Below, piece by piece: positions 11,720-40,780 of a DNA stretch of 64,000 nt. The stretch is taken from assembly GCF_964355755.1 (NCBI RefSeq), contig NC_092680.1:9300001-9364000 (forward strand). The letters are read 5' to 3'. The notes beneath the pieces were generated by a model. That model did not search any database. It had not been told where the DNA came from and saw nothing but the letters and a program-made list of their open reading frames with translations. The DNA is from Antedon mediterranea. Its lineage: Eukaryota; Animalia; Echinodermata. Position 1 is the first letter of the stretch. Each line of letters opens with the position of its first letter. The position numbers and the translations under genes are program-made.

Positions 11720-12997
11720 TTTCCATAAATTGTAATATTATGAAGATTAATTTTTGCTGAAATATGTGTGTATTATCAGTGTTAAAGTTAAAATAAAAAT
11801 GTACATGTTATGCAAACCAAGGAAGATGATTTGACTACTAAAAAAAACCCAAAAAACAAATACACTTTGATTTATATTTAATTAAGGACAATAAAGTTAT
11901 CTTGTAAAGAATACCTATAAATAAAAATTCAAATATGTAACAAAATATCTATTTAAATTTCTTTGTAGAAAAAAAAACAATGAAACAAGCATCCTATTCA
12001 TTCTCTTGTGTATTAAAGTATGGCATTAACTGGTAATTTCAACAACCAATACCCTAGCAAATTGAAAGCACTTCTAGTAGTAGACTGTAAGGTTGTAGAC
12101 CTTGAAAAAACATCTTAATGAAAACAATCTTGTAATTTTAATTATATTTTATGTGTTGCTTCTTGGCTTATTAGATTTGGAAACCTTGTACTATTTTTAT
12201 TTGAATGGTAATCTGTACTTTTCCATTTGAATAGTCAACTTAATTAATGTTAACTACTACAAGTTTGAACTATCTCAATGCTGTTCAACTAAAAAACTAT
12301 GCTGAACGTTAAAGTCGCAAGCAAATACACCAAATGATTGAGCCACAATATATGAATACAGTAAACATGTTAAAGCCATTGGTTAATATCACTACGACCT
12401 AAGATGAACACAACTTTCATTCCGATTTCAAATTTATAATTTTGTTCATTAACATGTCATTACCAACCATATATCATAAGTGCAGCAGTCACTAATGTGC
12501 TCTATTAAAGAACACTGCTATACTTGATTTTAAATACAATTCAGTAACATAACTTAAAATGATTCAATATTGTATATATGCATCTATATTCTAAATTCAA
12601 TATTTTCTACACAATTGTCCTGAGTAATTTTCAAGATGAATTTTCAATAAAATTCTCAACTTATATTATATCAAACTAAATTTCTCTTATCTCTCTAATA
12701 AGGCAACATTTCAATTCAAGGTTTATTTCAAGAAACTTTCCATATACGTAGCTACACAACACAACATCTATCAACGTTTATGGAAGTTCAAGTAGATAAT
12801 TAAGTATTGCACACGGTATAGATGGGAACAACAGTAGAACCTTTATGTCCCATTAATAGTGGTGTCTCCTGATAGGGGTGTGTTTTAGTACTGTAGTTGA
12901 GAACAACTGAAGTTCTGTAAAAGGTAATATTGGTCTTCATAGAACTGCAGTAATAATGGAATGATAAGTTTGGTGTGTTCGCTGGACAGTGAAGTTA

Positions 12998-26415
<13,418 letters not shown>

Positions 26416-26713
26416 GGTGGTGTTATTATTGAACACAATAGGAGTTTATCAAATATAGCCTGTAGTACATACTTGAATTAGCAATTCTGCATTTTAAACA
26501 TAAAGTCAGTAAAGTAATCTCTTAGTCTTATGATTCATCAGATTCATTTCTTGAGAGAAAAATAGATACTGTACTTTCTTCTGTGAGGTACTTAGTGAAA
26601 ATCAGCATCAATTGACTGGAAAGAGAAAGGTATGGTTAACCAGATTTACAATACAAAACATAGATCATTCTATTCACATAATAAATCTATCAATAAATCA
26701 GCCACCCAAACAG

Positions 26714-27034
26714 TGAGTGAGTGGCCGAGCGGTTAAGACAGTGGAACCGTAATCACGTAGCCATAACATCGGCAGGGGTTCGAGGCTCACTCACTCCATG
26801 GTTCTGGTGGTAGAACGAGTCTTCTCGGATAAGGACTATAAACCGTAGGTCCAGTGTACACAACTTGCTCGTGTGCACTTTAAAGAACCTAGTACATCTT
26901 TCGAGACGAGTAGGGGGTTACCCCGGTGTAGTAGTACATCACAGCCACTGATCACCAACTGGGCCCTCTGGGAGATCAGTCTTTGACTGAAGAGGTCACC
27001 CAGTATAAAGATAAAACAAACAAACAAACAAACA
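26714..27034 (+). mobile_element. Full-length tRNA-derived SINE with Deu/Nin core and (AAAC)n tail
   Basis: A box TGGCCGAGCGG and B box GGTTCGAGGC. The core tcggataaggactataaaccgtaggtcc...taaagaacc...gagtagggggttaccccggtg resembles the DeuSINE domain. Tail aaacaaacaaac. Confidence 0.88.
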
Positions 27035-27122
27035 GAGAGAAATTCTGAGCTTTTGGAAAACCATTTCTTCATGGAAAGAAAAAATGATATTTATAATTAA
27101 TAATTTTTTCTATAATCACTAA

Positions 27123-27820
27123 TTTACCTCCGCCAAGGAGGTATATGTAATCGATCGCGTGGGTTTGTTTGTCTGTCTGTTTGTTTGTTTTTTAGCAGGA
27201 TTACTCAAAAATTAATTACAAGATCTTTACCAAAATGAATATACGGATAGATATGTGGTCAAGGACCATTCCATTAAATTTTGGGACCATTTGGGACCAT
27301 GGTCCCAATTCTGGACCACTTTTTTAGTATACTATTCAGACCTGCTAGTGTTAAAAGATAGGGCAGAATTTTCCAAAAGCCGGCGAGCAGTCTTAAAGTA
27401 ACAAATAAACTAAAATTGCATTTTCTCGAGAACTACTTGTCCAAAAAACTTCATTTTTGTACAAGAGGCAAGAGTTATAACTTGTGATTTGTAAATTTAA
27501 AACATAATTCGATTTAATGTGCACGTTTTTTGATGCGAGTAGTTTAAAAAACCTATTTCTTTTCAAATTCACTCGTTTGATTTTTGCGTTGCTGTTCTAT
27601 TGTTAGTCAACTGAAGCTATTGTTAATTGAAAGGCTTGTTACATAGCCATTACACCAAACTCGCATACACATGCTTGTAGTGAAATTAGCCTAAATCACA
27701 AACAGCATCAAGACACACACAAATATATATATATATATATTTCTTTTTTACCGGAGAAATCTTATGTAGGAGAATTTCACAGTAGGCGGAGGTATGCACT
27801 CTTGGAGTGTCTTTCTAGTT
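27123..27820 (+). mobile_element. Helentron-associated (HINE/DINE-1-like) non-autonomous element
   Basis: 5' tacctccgccaaggaggt followed by GTTT/GTCT microrepeats. 3' ggcggaggt, a gcactc..gagtg hairpin and ctagtt, in T-rich flanks. A homologous copy lies at 30079-30714. Confidence 0.75.
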
Positions 27821-27910
27821 ATAATTGTTATTATTATTGGCAATGGTAATGTTTTTCATAGTTAATGTGTAATGTGTCCATGATGGTTAAGTACTGGCTT
27901 AAATACTTAC

Positions 27911-28081
27911 CCTGAAGAATAGATCCCGTAAGAAAGGATGTGACACCATCAGCTAGTTTATCCACAGAAGCAGGATACATAAACACTGAAGTCTCTACAA
28001 GTACAATGGGGTATACACTGAGATCATGAACAAAAGATGCAATCAATTCTACACTCAAACAATACAACAACAAACAAAAGC
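27911..28081 (-). other. KIF24: Putative 5' UTR exon of KIF24
   Basis: Acceptor tttgacag (28082-28083) and GTAAGT donor (27905-27910). The next acceptor, ctttctctttccag at 26616, precedes the ATG exon. Confidence 0.5.
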
Positions 28082-30078
28082 CTGTCAAACAATAACCTCT
28101 CAGCTCAGCTGTACTTTAAGTGAAATATCAATATTTTTAATGCTAATTAATAGGTCCATCCAGAAATACTTTTTAAGACAGTAATATTATAATTTTTTTT
28201 TTTATGAATTTACATAAAATATTAGAACAAAATGTAATTATTAATATATTAAATCAAACAAACAATCCATCCAGAAAGAGACAAGCAAACACATTGTATA
28301 AGCATAGGCCCACTGTTTAATCTGTAAGCTTTACACAGGTTATGTAGGTAAAATCAAGTTATTTAAAGATGTATTGTCCCCCAAAAACATGAAAAATGAA
28401 AATTATATATTTATTATATTATAATAATACTACTGAAGAAAAAATAAATAACAAAATAATGTATTTACTTATTATAATATAAAAAGTTAAATTCAACCAA
28501 AAACTACGGTATTTTTTTAAAATTATAGTTTTTTAAGTAAATCATTTTTTTAAATCCATTTTTTGATCAAAGTGAATAAGTTAAATAAATGTTACCGACA
28601 AATATAGTGAGCTGTAGAGTCGCGTTGCACGTGACTAAAAATGTCTTCAGGGGGCCTACAATTGGAATTAAAACATGCTAAATATAACTACAGTAGGCCT
28701 AAAATCGGATACATTTGTTAAGTTGCTAGAATATGTGATGCACCTCAAACAGTAAAATGGCAAATTGCATAAGGTATAATATTGTGATGATTTTAAAACA
28801 TGTCAAATTATTTAATAATATTAAAAATGATTGTGTTATTTATTGTATTTTTTCGTCAACAGTTTTCATCTGACATTTTCTGTCTGGAGAAAAATGTACG
28901 AAGACATCTTATAAAAATTGGTACAAAAAAATACACCAACCGATGCGCGATTTCTTTCATTAGTTATTATGTTTTTATAATGTTTAATCTCTGCAGCAAA
29001 ATAGCGTATTTTAACAAAATCAGGATTTTCTTTAATTATTCTTTCCTTTATTAACATCGACAGTTTTTGGAAGTCATGTTCGTCTTCACATCCAATTAAA
29101 CCTTGTTTTGAAAAAAATAGCCTTCACTAATTCTGTTCGTCATTTTCTTTTGTATTTTTGTACTACTTTTTTGAAGAATTACATTTTCTCCAGATTGCGT
29201 AAACAAATTTTAAATTATTATGGACTTTCGAAAGAATAATTACATGAAAATCGAAAATGATAACATTTGGATTGGGTCTGAATAGATACTTTGGGTACAA
29301 TACAATTTTAGATGATCAAAAAGACACATGCATTATTAAACATTTACTGAAATGACCGTACTAGTCAATTCTATAGTTTCATTAAAAAAAAGAAACCATA
29401 GTGTAATTTTTTTAATGTTGCCCTCTACTGATAGGTGTTTCTAGAGTTAAGACCATGATAGAGAGAAGGCCGTGTGCGCAAAAGGCAAGGAAGAACCTAC
29501 GAAATGGTAGTATGCACAAAATACAACTAAAAATCGTACATTTCGATGATATACATCATAGACTACATACATTTTTTACAAAATCTATAAACACATTTCG
29601 TTTTTAGCCTTTAGATTTTCAAAAAACAAAGCATGATTTTACTTAACATTGCGTTTTCGTCACTTAAATTAATACTGAAGTGATTAAGGATAAAAACGTT
29701 ATTTTATAACTCGACTACAGTAATTTTACAGAATAAATTTTATTGTGAATCCTTTATCATGAGCTTTTTGAACACATAGTAAAAGAAATGAGCTAAGAAA
29801 TGCATAAATGGAGATAATAATCTGCCTAGAGTTATGGAAATGCATGATGATCAAATGGTACAGAAAAGAATTGTAATTATGAACGATGATACTCATCCAC
29901 TCCGTCCATCCTTCGTGTTTAACCGAACTGGGTGTATACTAGGAGTACCATCAAGGTTACGGACAGCACGGTACCAACTGTCGTTTGTCCCACAATGCAT
30001 ATTTAAATACAATGACTACAAACACAAATAATTATATTTTCCAACATCTGGGAACACCTAATCACATTTATCCTCTTA

Positions 30079-30714
30079 TTTACCTCTGCCAAGGAGGTAT
30101 GTAATCGATCGTGCGTGTTTGTTTACTAGCAGTAATTACAAGATCTTTACCAAAATGAATAATACACATATGTGATCAAGGACCATTTCATTAAATTTTG
30201 GGACCACGGTTCTAATTCTGGACCCCTTTTTATTATACTTTTCAGACCTGCTAGTGTTAAAAGATAGGACAGATTTTTTCAAAAGTTGGCGAGCAGTTAA
30301 AGTAACAAGTAAACTGAAATTGCATTTTCTTGAGAACTACTTGTCCAAAAAACTTCATTTTTTGTACAAGAGAGGCAAGAGTTACATTATAATTTGTGAT
30401 TTGTAATATTAAAACATATTAATTTATTTAATTTACAGGTTTTTTGATAAGTAGTTTTTAAAAACCTATTTCTTTTCAAATTCACCTGTTTTTGGCATTG
30501 CTCTTCTATTGTTAGTCAACAGAATCTATTGTTACTAGTTAGTTGAAAGGCTGGTTACATAACCATTACACCAAATTCGCATACATATGCTTGTAGTGAA
30601 ATTAGCTTAAATCACACACAGCACTAAGACGCACAATTATATTTTCCCGGAAAAATCTTATGTACTGTAGGAGAATTTTACGAAAGTATGCACTCTCGGA
30701 GTGGCTTTCTAGTT
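30079..30714 (+). mobile_element. Second HINE copy (same family as 27123-27820)
   Basis: Collinear with the first copy throughout, with the same terminal hairpin and ctagtt end. Confidence 0.75.
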
Positions 30715-30813
30715 AATTTTTGTATTTTCTAAATCCTGTATATGCATTTTAATCTATATATTTTTACTGTACTGTGTATTTTACTTTGTGTTTTTTTACT
30801 GATTTTATTCTAT

Positions 30814-32037
30814 TTGGTTATCCGCACTTGGCGGATAACCCCTTGTTATTGTCAGGATCTTTTTTTTATTTTTCTTTTTCTCTTTTTTTTTCTATTTTCT
30901 TCTTTCTTTCCACAAATTTTGTTGCTAGTGTATCTCTAAATCTTCTTAACATAACATTGTATAACTTTATCAGAAGATTGACCTCTATCTGAAGATGTCG
31001 TAATAAGGTTTTCAGTCGTGTCCGAGTTGCGCAGCGTAAGTTACGCGCGATTTTATGAATTTCAATGATTGATCATAGAATAAAACCTAAAAGTTTGTTT
31101 GTATTGAAACTTGGTGAAAATTTAAGTCATATAATGCGCAAACTTTCTATGGATTAAAAATTGCATGCTTCACAAAAAGTTACGCGCGCACGCGCGTTTG
31201 AAATTTCAAAATGCGAAAAATCAATTTCTAATCAACTTTCTACGCGTTTCATGTCATTTTGAGCATTTCAAAAATTCCCACGCGTGCGCAATTTTTTTAC
31301 GCGCGCGTGCGCACGTAGCGCAAAAACATCATTTTTTTGCTTGATTTTTGTTTTTCCTGTCTTTTTTAGTAAATTTACCAACTTTCAAACAATTTCAACT
31401 TAAAATCACGTCATACGAGCACGTAGAATTAAACAATTTACGCGCATTTTTTATGAAAAAGTTCAAAAATTTGTCAAAATTATGCCTTTTTTTAAACAGT
31501 CATAGATTCTAAACTACGTGGTGAACTTTTTTAAAATTACATATTCTGAATGTAGATGAGTTGTAGATATCGAATCATGCATCGATTTGGCTAACCGGAC
31601 ATTGTGACGTCATCGTATGGCCACACGAATATCAAAGATAGGATTTTTGTCTCTTTCGTCATTGCTCATCACATTTAATAGAGCGCATCTCCACTTATCC
31701 GTATTCCATTTTCCCCCATTTTTATATATTGTCTAGGTCAATCAATTATCTTTCGATTGATTTACCATTTTTAAAATTGTTATGACGTCATCATGTCCAA
31801 AAGCGTCAATAACTTTGGTCACTTATTTTCACCTATTCTACACTGTATGTAGTACGTATACAGTATAATAGTGTATACCGTATATACTTAAACGTGACAC
31901 AAAATAGAGGGCGCACTAACATTTTTTTCAGTGGCATAATCGTTTTTCTGCACGCAATATTCTAACGTATGACGTGCACGTGGCTTTTGCGCTGCGGATA
32001 ACCTAACTCGTCCGTAGTGACGAGTTCAAATCTAGTT
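30814..32037 (+). mobile_element. Second HINE/Helentron-type family
   Basis: 5' palindrome ggttatccgc..gcggataacc. 3' gcggataacc, an aactcgtc..gacgagtt hairpin and ctagttt. Confidence 0.7.
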
Positions 32038-33124
32038 TTATATTAAGTTGCTATGAGAAAAACCCATTTCAAATCTTTCGTTGGATTATTTGTTATCTTG
32101 TATACTTTATAGTCCCTAATATTATCAATATTCTTAAAATATCATTTTTGTATTATTATCTTTGAAAATCTATAATAAAATTGATCATAATTAATATTCA
32201 CAATTAATGTGAAAAAAAAATCGAAAGACTAAAATCAAAATATTTTATAGATTCTGTAAGTCACTAAATGCAGTGTTATAATTGATTGATTGTACGATTT
32301 TTAGTTGTATTTTGTGCACACTACCATTTCGTAGGGTCTTCCTTGGCTTTTGCCCGCACAGTTTTCTCTCTGCATGGTCTTTAGAAACACCCATCAGTAG
32401 AGGCAGGGAACATTTTTGCCAGTGTAGCATAGCAAAAAGCTATACAAAACAATCTTATTGCTCAATGCTACACATTTTGAAAATTGTGTAGCAAGAAATA
32501 CAATACAAAACTATGTTTCTCGACTTTCTCAGTTTGATTAGCAATATTGCTAAACAAAATTTTTTAATGAAATTGAGGGTGACATTAATAAAAAATTATA
32601 CAAATTTGTTTTTAGTATTTAGATTATTATTTTTTGTTTCCGGTTTATTTTTGGTTGTTTATTGTTGTTTTTCGGTTATTTTCGGTAATTAGACTCACCG
32701 AAAATTAGTAACTTAAAACATAATGAGCGTTTTCAATAAAAAACACATAGAAATGGGAATAATGTGTATCTAGTGCGCCCCATACAAATTAGCGTGACCA
32801 AAATAAAACGTGACCGATATCAAACATAGGCAAACTAACATGATAAAAAGTGTATCTAGCGCACCGCTCCATACAAAATACCGGATGGTGATGTTATTGC
32901 GACCGATTTCAAGCGGATATACTCATTAAGAAGCTTTATCATCGCGGTCTATAGTTCTAAGGCCGACAGATTTAGGAATTTGTAAACTCAACTATAATTA
33001 ATTAGGTTCCATCTGCTGGACCCAAAAAATGTATGGGAAAAGAGAGTCTATGAGGGCTCACGGTTGAACGATTTTGGATTCTCGCCCTTTGATTGGTTGA
33101 CGTGAATCAACAGACTCCGAAAGA

Positions 33125-34025
33125 ATTTTCTCACTTGTACCGCCATCGTGAAGTCAAGTTGTCTCTAGAGGGTAATCAGTTGCATGCATACAGGTTGAGG
33201 TCGAACACACACACAAAATTGACCATTTTTAAATGCCATTTTTTATTTAGTAGATTATTATTTGTTGGCAAATAATACATTGTTGGAAAGGTACACATGT
33301 CTTTTTTCAAATGCTGTTGAACATTAGCAGAAATATCAATTATTCAATGAAATACAACCAGATTACTAACACCCACCAAAAAAATGGGCATGATGTTATT
33401 TATAATTAAATAGCTATGTTAGCCTAGATTTTGTGTATTATATTTTTGTGATTAAACAAAATATTTTTATTTTGTTACATGTTTCCATGGTAACAAAATG
33501 TCCATAATAACATTTTTACTAGGCCTCTGCTAGCCCTAGGCTAGGACTAGCTAGGGATTAGGCCAAGTTGAGCTGCCGACAAGTTGAGCCGTCGCCAGAA
33601 AAACGTTATTTTCTATGAAACGCCAAATGCTAACTTTCGCCTGTTTCTATTTAATACTTAGAAGTTCTTTTATTTTAGGGATAACGATGTATATTCAAAA
33701 GTTTATATCACGGTTTTTAGATATTGTTAAATATTACAATTAAAGAAATAATTATGAAAATCTGACTTGCAGATTCCAAAATATATGGCCTAAAACATCA
33801 CCAAAAGTGATCGTTTTTAGTCAAAAATTACGTAAACATGTTGCCCACCTCAGTAATTACATATTGTAAAATTCAATAAAATATGATATTAAAAGATTAG
33901 TAGGCCAAAATAAAAAATATTTATTTAACCTCATTCGAAGAGAGACAACTTGACTTTACGTGGTACACGCATGGAGCTATAAATATAGGCCTGGCTCCCG
34001 CTCCATGCATGGTACACGCGAGAAA
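33125..34025. mobile_element. Degenerate inverted-repeat element
   Basis: ttctcacttgtacc..cgtgaagtcaagttgtctct (33128-33165) is inverted by agagacaacttgactttacgtggtacac...gcgagaa (33941-34024). Confidence 0.5.
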
Positions 34026-34159
34026 AATATTATGGAGTGCACTAAATTTTTACCTTAAAAACAACTAAATTATTAAATATTACTACTTTCCTTTGCTGTG
34101 TTGTTATGGTGGTTCAAACCAACAAAATTGTAATACTAAATAGGCCTAGGGCCTAGGTC

Positions 34160-35991
34160 GAATACAGATCACTCCGGCAGCGCTTCACTCCGGCCGCGCT
34201 TCAATCCGGCCGCGATTCATTCCGGCCGCAGCTATGGAGCGCCCAATGAGTCTTTTACAACCGAGACACGTTTTTTGTAGAGAATCAAAATAAACATTTG
34301 TAATCATACAGTATATTTTTTCTCTTTCAGGATCACAACAATATCGCAAGTGTTTTAAATTAGGTCTAATGCTAAAACAAAATAATTTATGTGTTTTATC
34401 CAATGTAAGAGGCTAGTATATTAATTGTATTGTAATGTGATTAATTAATGTAATTTATTGCAATGTACCCTATATGTCATATTATTTTTATCATATATAA
34501 ATTAAAATATAAAATCATTGTAAATTGGACTGTACAAAAATGATATATTAATTCTTGATACAATTCCAGGTAACATTAATTAGACGGATATTTGATTATT
34601 TTAAATAAATAAATTAATATTGTAAATATTATATAACAAACATCAATAATAATTGATTATTTGAAATAAATAAATTAATATTTTACATATTGTTATTAAC
34701 TATAATTAGTAAGTATGGGTACTGGCAAGATAAAGTGTTATAAAAATAAGGGTTTTAACGGTTTCGATCCAAGTCGGCCCTAAACCGTCTCGGCCAAAGT
34801 CAAGTCGGCCCCAAGTCAAGTCGGCCTCAAGTCAACTCGGCCTCAAGTCAACTCGGCCTCAAGTCAACTCGGCCTCACGTCAACTCGGCCAAAAAATAAT
34901 CGGTCAACTCGGCCCCAAAGTATGGAACGCAAAAAGTGCAAATGAAGGGGATTGATAAAATAATATTTCTTCACAATTTTTTAACTATGAATAATTCTGA
35001 CTTTTAATGATTATTATTTAGACAATAATATATTTAGCAAAAAAAATAGGAATGATTTCACCAACTTTCCTTTATTTACGTTTAATAAAATTTTGTAGCT
35101 GAGCCTCCCTGCGCGTTTGCCAGCTTTTTCGATATCTACAACTGCTACGTGTTTTCGCTGACCGGGGGATTCCCCTTTTTAAAAAACGCAAATCATGCAC
35201 AAAAACGATGTACGATCATTTTTTCTACGGCCAAATGGTGGAACGTAGGCCTCCGTCTTCGATTTCCTAAAATACGGTACCTGCACGTGTTTTTTGTAAC
35301 ACGCGGGTACTTCTATTCATATCGGCAATGAGTTCATTTTTTTATATGATATTATATTTTTTATTTCTTCATTTTTTTTAAAACGTGGATAGTAAGAATC
35401 GTAATAATATTAAGCACTTTTTGCGTTCCATACTTTATTGTGGCCGAGTTGACCGATTAGTTTTTGGCCGAGTTGACGTGAGGCCGAGTTGACTTGAGGC
35501 CGAGTTGACTTGGGGCCGACATGACGTGGGGCCGACTTGACTTTGGCCGAGACGGTTTGGGGCCGACTTGACCTGCACCCGTTTTAACTAATTTTTAATG
35601 TTAATAAATGTAAAGCTATAAAAATAAATGTACATAGAAAGAAATTAAATATTGTTATTCAAGCATTAATTAGACGGGTATTTGATTATTATTTTATTAT
35701 TGAATTTAAGTAAGTTAAGTTTAGTTTGAAAGAAAAAGCAGTTCCAACTTCTTTGAATGTTATTGTTAATGAAAAAAGTAAAATTGTTGCTAATAAATAT
35801 TCAACTAGTTCCATTTAAATTCACCAAGAATTTCTTATAACACTGAACAGTATAGAAAACGTAGATATGGGCGCTCCATACTAACGGCCCCTTTGCACAG
35901 GAAGTCGAATTGAATAGCGGCCGGAGTGCATAACATCGTGCTAAACTGATACGGCGGCCGGAGTGAAGCGCGGCCGGAGTGATCGGCTACC
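34160..35991. mobile_element. Foldback-type element with cactccggccgc subrepeats and an 8-bp TSD
   Basis: gatcactccggcagcgcttcactccggccgc is inverted at 35955-35984. CCTAGGTC occurs at 34152-34159 and 35992-35999. Confidence 0.7.
34760..35580. mobile_element. Nested foldback MITE with arms built from 15-bp repeats (aagtcaactcggcct)
   Basis: Arms of about 175 bp made of tandem 15-mers in inverted orientation. GTTTTAAC is duplicated at 34752-34759 and 35581-35588. Confidence 0.85.
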
Positions 35992-36504
35992 CCTAGGTCT
36001 AGGGTAATTCAGGTCTAGTAGGCCTATGTAATTTACTAATTATATATTATTTATTTTCATGACACAATAAACCTAAAAAATCGACCATGAACTTATTACT
36101 TATCTATACCGGACACCACCCTAATCACTACGCGAAATGTCGTAAAAGACGCATGCACTGGACGTTTCATAGACCTACTAGGCCTAGCCTAGAGCTAGGC
36201 TAGTGCCAGTGGTGGTACTGTACTTACGATTATTTTTTGGTTTGGTAGCTTTTTAGGCGCTGCGTTAATCGAACTACAGTCAGTAGGCTAGTAGGCCTAG
36301 TAGTACAAGTAAGTAGGCCCACCTTCCTTGTTGCTACTACTAGCGCTAACCAGGCTACCTAAACAGAGATAAACTAAAATGCCTCCATGATGGCTAGGCT
36401 AGGCTATACTATCTACTATTATTATACTCTAGGCTAGGCCTAGCCTAGTACTTATTATCAAAGATACTATAGCGCCACATTTTTGCTTATTATGGATGGT
36501 GGAG

Positions 36505-37703
<1,199 letters not shown>

Positions 37704-40700
37704 AACTGTGTTTTTAAAAATTGTCTGCACAAGTTGGCTGTATTACACCACCCGTTGAATTACCATGTATCAAAATTACTATCTTTATAATGACGCACAA
37801 TATTATTCTATCAAAACCAGTTTCGTGGAGGTAATTTAAATTTTAACTAAAGTTTTAGTACATGCATACCAGATGTTGAACTAAAGATGTTAGCCCAGAT
37901 TATATACCAGATGCTAAGTTTAGTTGGACTTAAGAGGAAATAGCTGAAATGACATAGCATTAGAAATAACAATTTATTTAATAACATTGTTTTTTTAATT
38001 TTAAAGTATTTAATGTTCATCTTTGGTATGTGTAAATATTACCATAATACTGCTGCATGCTGGCTGAATTTTGTTCAATATTGTCTAATACAATGGTTTT
38101 ATATAGAAAAATAAATTCTAAACTTTTTAATTTTATTTTTTAATGAAAGCTGGGTAATATATATATTTATCATAATGGTGATGAATCGAAGCAAAATAGT
38201 AGAGTATTTAGTACAAACAAGTAATCAAATCTAGATATTTTATCTCATTTACCAATCAATATTTTCCATCTCATAAATAATGGTTTAGATAATCAAATTA
38301 AATATTAATAGCCAATTGTAATTAACTAGCTTTAGGTGTACACATTTGTTATTGTTGTTAATTATTAAAGTATCAATGATGAAATTGTGTTGTATAGTAT
38401 GGTTATGTCCACACAGTGACCCTGTTATGGATTTAAATATGCTTTTAAATTTGCAAGTTGAATATTAAGTCTACTTGTGCCTTTGATTATATTTGAATTT
38501 GAAGAATGTTTTATTATTTTATATTTATTATGACTGTATTTCATATTTATTCGATCCTCTGAAACTGCTTTCATTACAGTACATCAGAATGGAAATATAG
38601 ATCATAGAGTTTCACTGGGCCAATTTGCTACAGGATTTACTAACCCAACAACAAATTAATTTTGTTATCGAAAATAAATATTACGAAATTAGGCTATAGA
38701 ATATGGCCTCTTGGTGCTCGGAGCTGGTGCTATAATTACTGGCAACAAAAATAATTATATTTTTTTTAATGTAATGTAACTTTGGTATAATTGTATTTGT
38801 CAATTTTGTTTCACTTTTCTGAAATAATATAAAATCATAAAATATTGAATTGCATGAGTATCAATTGAAAATGTTTTATTTTATATTAAAAAACAACATT
38901 TTAGGTAATTGAATATTTTTGTTGTTTCTATTATATGTTTCAGTTTTGCTTTCGACTTTACCGATAACACACAAGAAAGCTGTATATTTTCATAATTTAA
39001 TTATTATTTAGTAGGCCTAATATAATGTAGTTACGGTAATTATTAGTAAAAGTTAATTCATCTAAGTACAATATTTATAATATACATTTTTGTATCACGT
39101 TTGGTAGTACATTTAATCAAATTAAAGAATTATTTTACTCTGTCGAAATATCTAAAACAAACTATTAACATTGAACTGCGGTAAGAAAATGTTGAATGGG
39201 CTTTCATATCTAATAAGTATCATATATTAGGGTCGTAGTCATCAGTATGGTTTTCAATATGACCACTTTTGACAGAGAACACATAAAACTCATCAATTGA
39301 TTAATTAATTAATTATTTATGAGATTTCCCAACAAGAATATCATCTTAAAGAATTGTTAAGGAGCGACGGGTGGAGAAGAGGTTTCACAACATTACAACT
39401 TTATGAATCCAGAAAATAAACATAAAACCAGGCCCTTCATCTTGCTTGCTTCCCCCTCGCGACGACTGCACCAGGTCTCGTGGCTATGTTGCCCTGGCTG
39501 TATATTTGCTGTGCCTTAATTACGTCTATTATAACATTTCAGAAATCTTTAAAAAGTCAAATTTTATTTCTTTTAAAAGTGCTACAGTATATTCAGAAAA
39601 TTGTAATATTGTATCATAAACTGTATTACGTAATGCTGCTTTATTCCACAATATAATTAATGGAAATTGTCATGTTGTTAAGGTTAAGTTGTGCCTAAAT
39701 ATATCAAATATCAATTTATTACAAGTGTTGTGTTTTTATTTTGCCTTCCATGCTTTATTTTCAACAAACAATAGACAGTTAATATTTAATATAATTATGA
39801 CCTAAAACGTTATTGAATTAATAAAATACTGTAGACGTACTTATATGTTTTTTTTTATAGAAGTGGACAGGAATTCTTCCAACCAACCTCGGGGGCGGGG
39901 AAATCTCAAATAGCGGAACTACTAACATAATCAAACAGATATTAAAAAGTAATTGATAATTTTATTTTAACTGTCAAAATGAGGGAATTTAACTATTTTA
40001 ATGATAATAATATTGAATCATAAATTTTACATATTATTATTAATAATTGTATTCTTTATTGTTACAACCAACAGTGCAAGGCATCAATTACAGGTTGATA
40101 ATAAAATATACAAAAAAAAAAAACAAAAAGATAACATTTATATAATAATATCTTTCAGAAAGGCCACAGTTGAATATCTAAAAAATGTTTTGAAGATATA
40201 TTGTAGATAGATTTTGTATAGGCCTCATTAAAGAGTTATCTGTCCATTCTTATCTGACATGAATAATTGGTTTGTTGGTAGTAGAGTAGTTGTTGCGCTG
40301 TTTTTCGACAGATAATATGTTAATGATAAATTGTTAGTAGGCTTAACCGGGATGAGTCACTTACTAGCCTTTGGGCTTTTACAAGGAAATTAGCCTACTC
40401 GACCACAAACAACTATTATTATTGTTGTAAAAATGCATGTTGAAATTAACGGGGGTGTGGAGTGTGAGAAGTAGAGCTGAGGAGGCGAATTGTCCGTCTT
40501 CTGTCGTCGCAGAGGTTGATATTTTTGTAAATTAATGTTTTACTGTTTTGGTAATCTTCTGGCAAAGTTGTAACTGCTTCCAAACAACAAAAGTACTGTA
40601 TAGCGGCCATGTTTTTATATTGTCCACTTAAAAAATATATTAAAACAATTTTTTATTTTTTGAATATGCTATTTTAATGTCACATAATAGTTATTCACTT

Positions 40701-40780
40701 TGACCAAAAAAGTGGATAAAAAAAAAAGTTATTTTCCTGAAAAAAATTAATTTAAAGCAGTGTTCCACAACCTTTTTTGA

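Larger units (their letters stand above)
29420..32405. mobile_element. Foldback element related to the 7427-10664 family, containing nested HINEs
   Basis: The arm cctctactgataggtgtttcta...gaagaacctacgaaatggtagtatgcacaaaatacaactaaaaatcgtaca is inverted at about 32290-32405. No clear TSD. Confidence 0.75.

Noticed and set aside
26416-26436. ORF-track non-ATG start extending KIF24 (MFNNNTT)
   Set aside because: Alternative-start artefact. The ATG at 26415 has a good context (accATG) and matches the KIF24 N-terminus.
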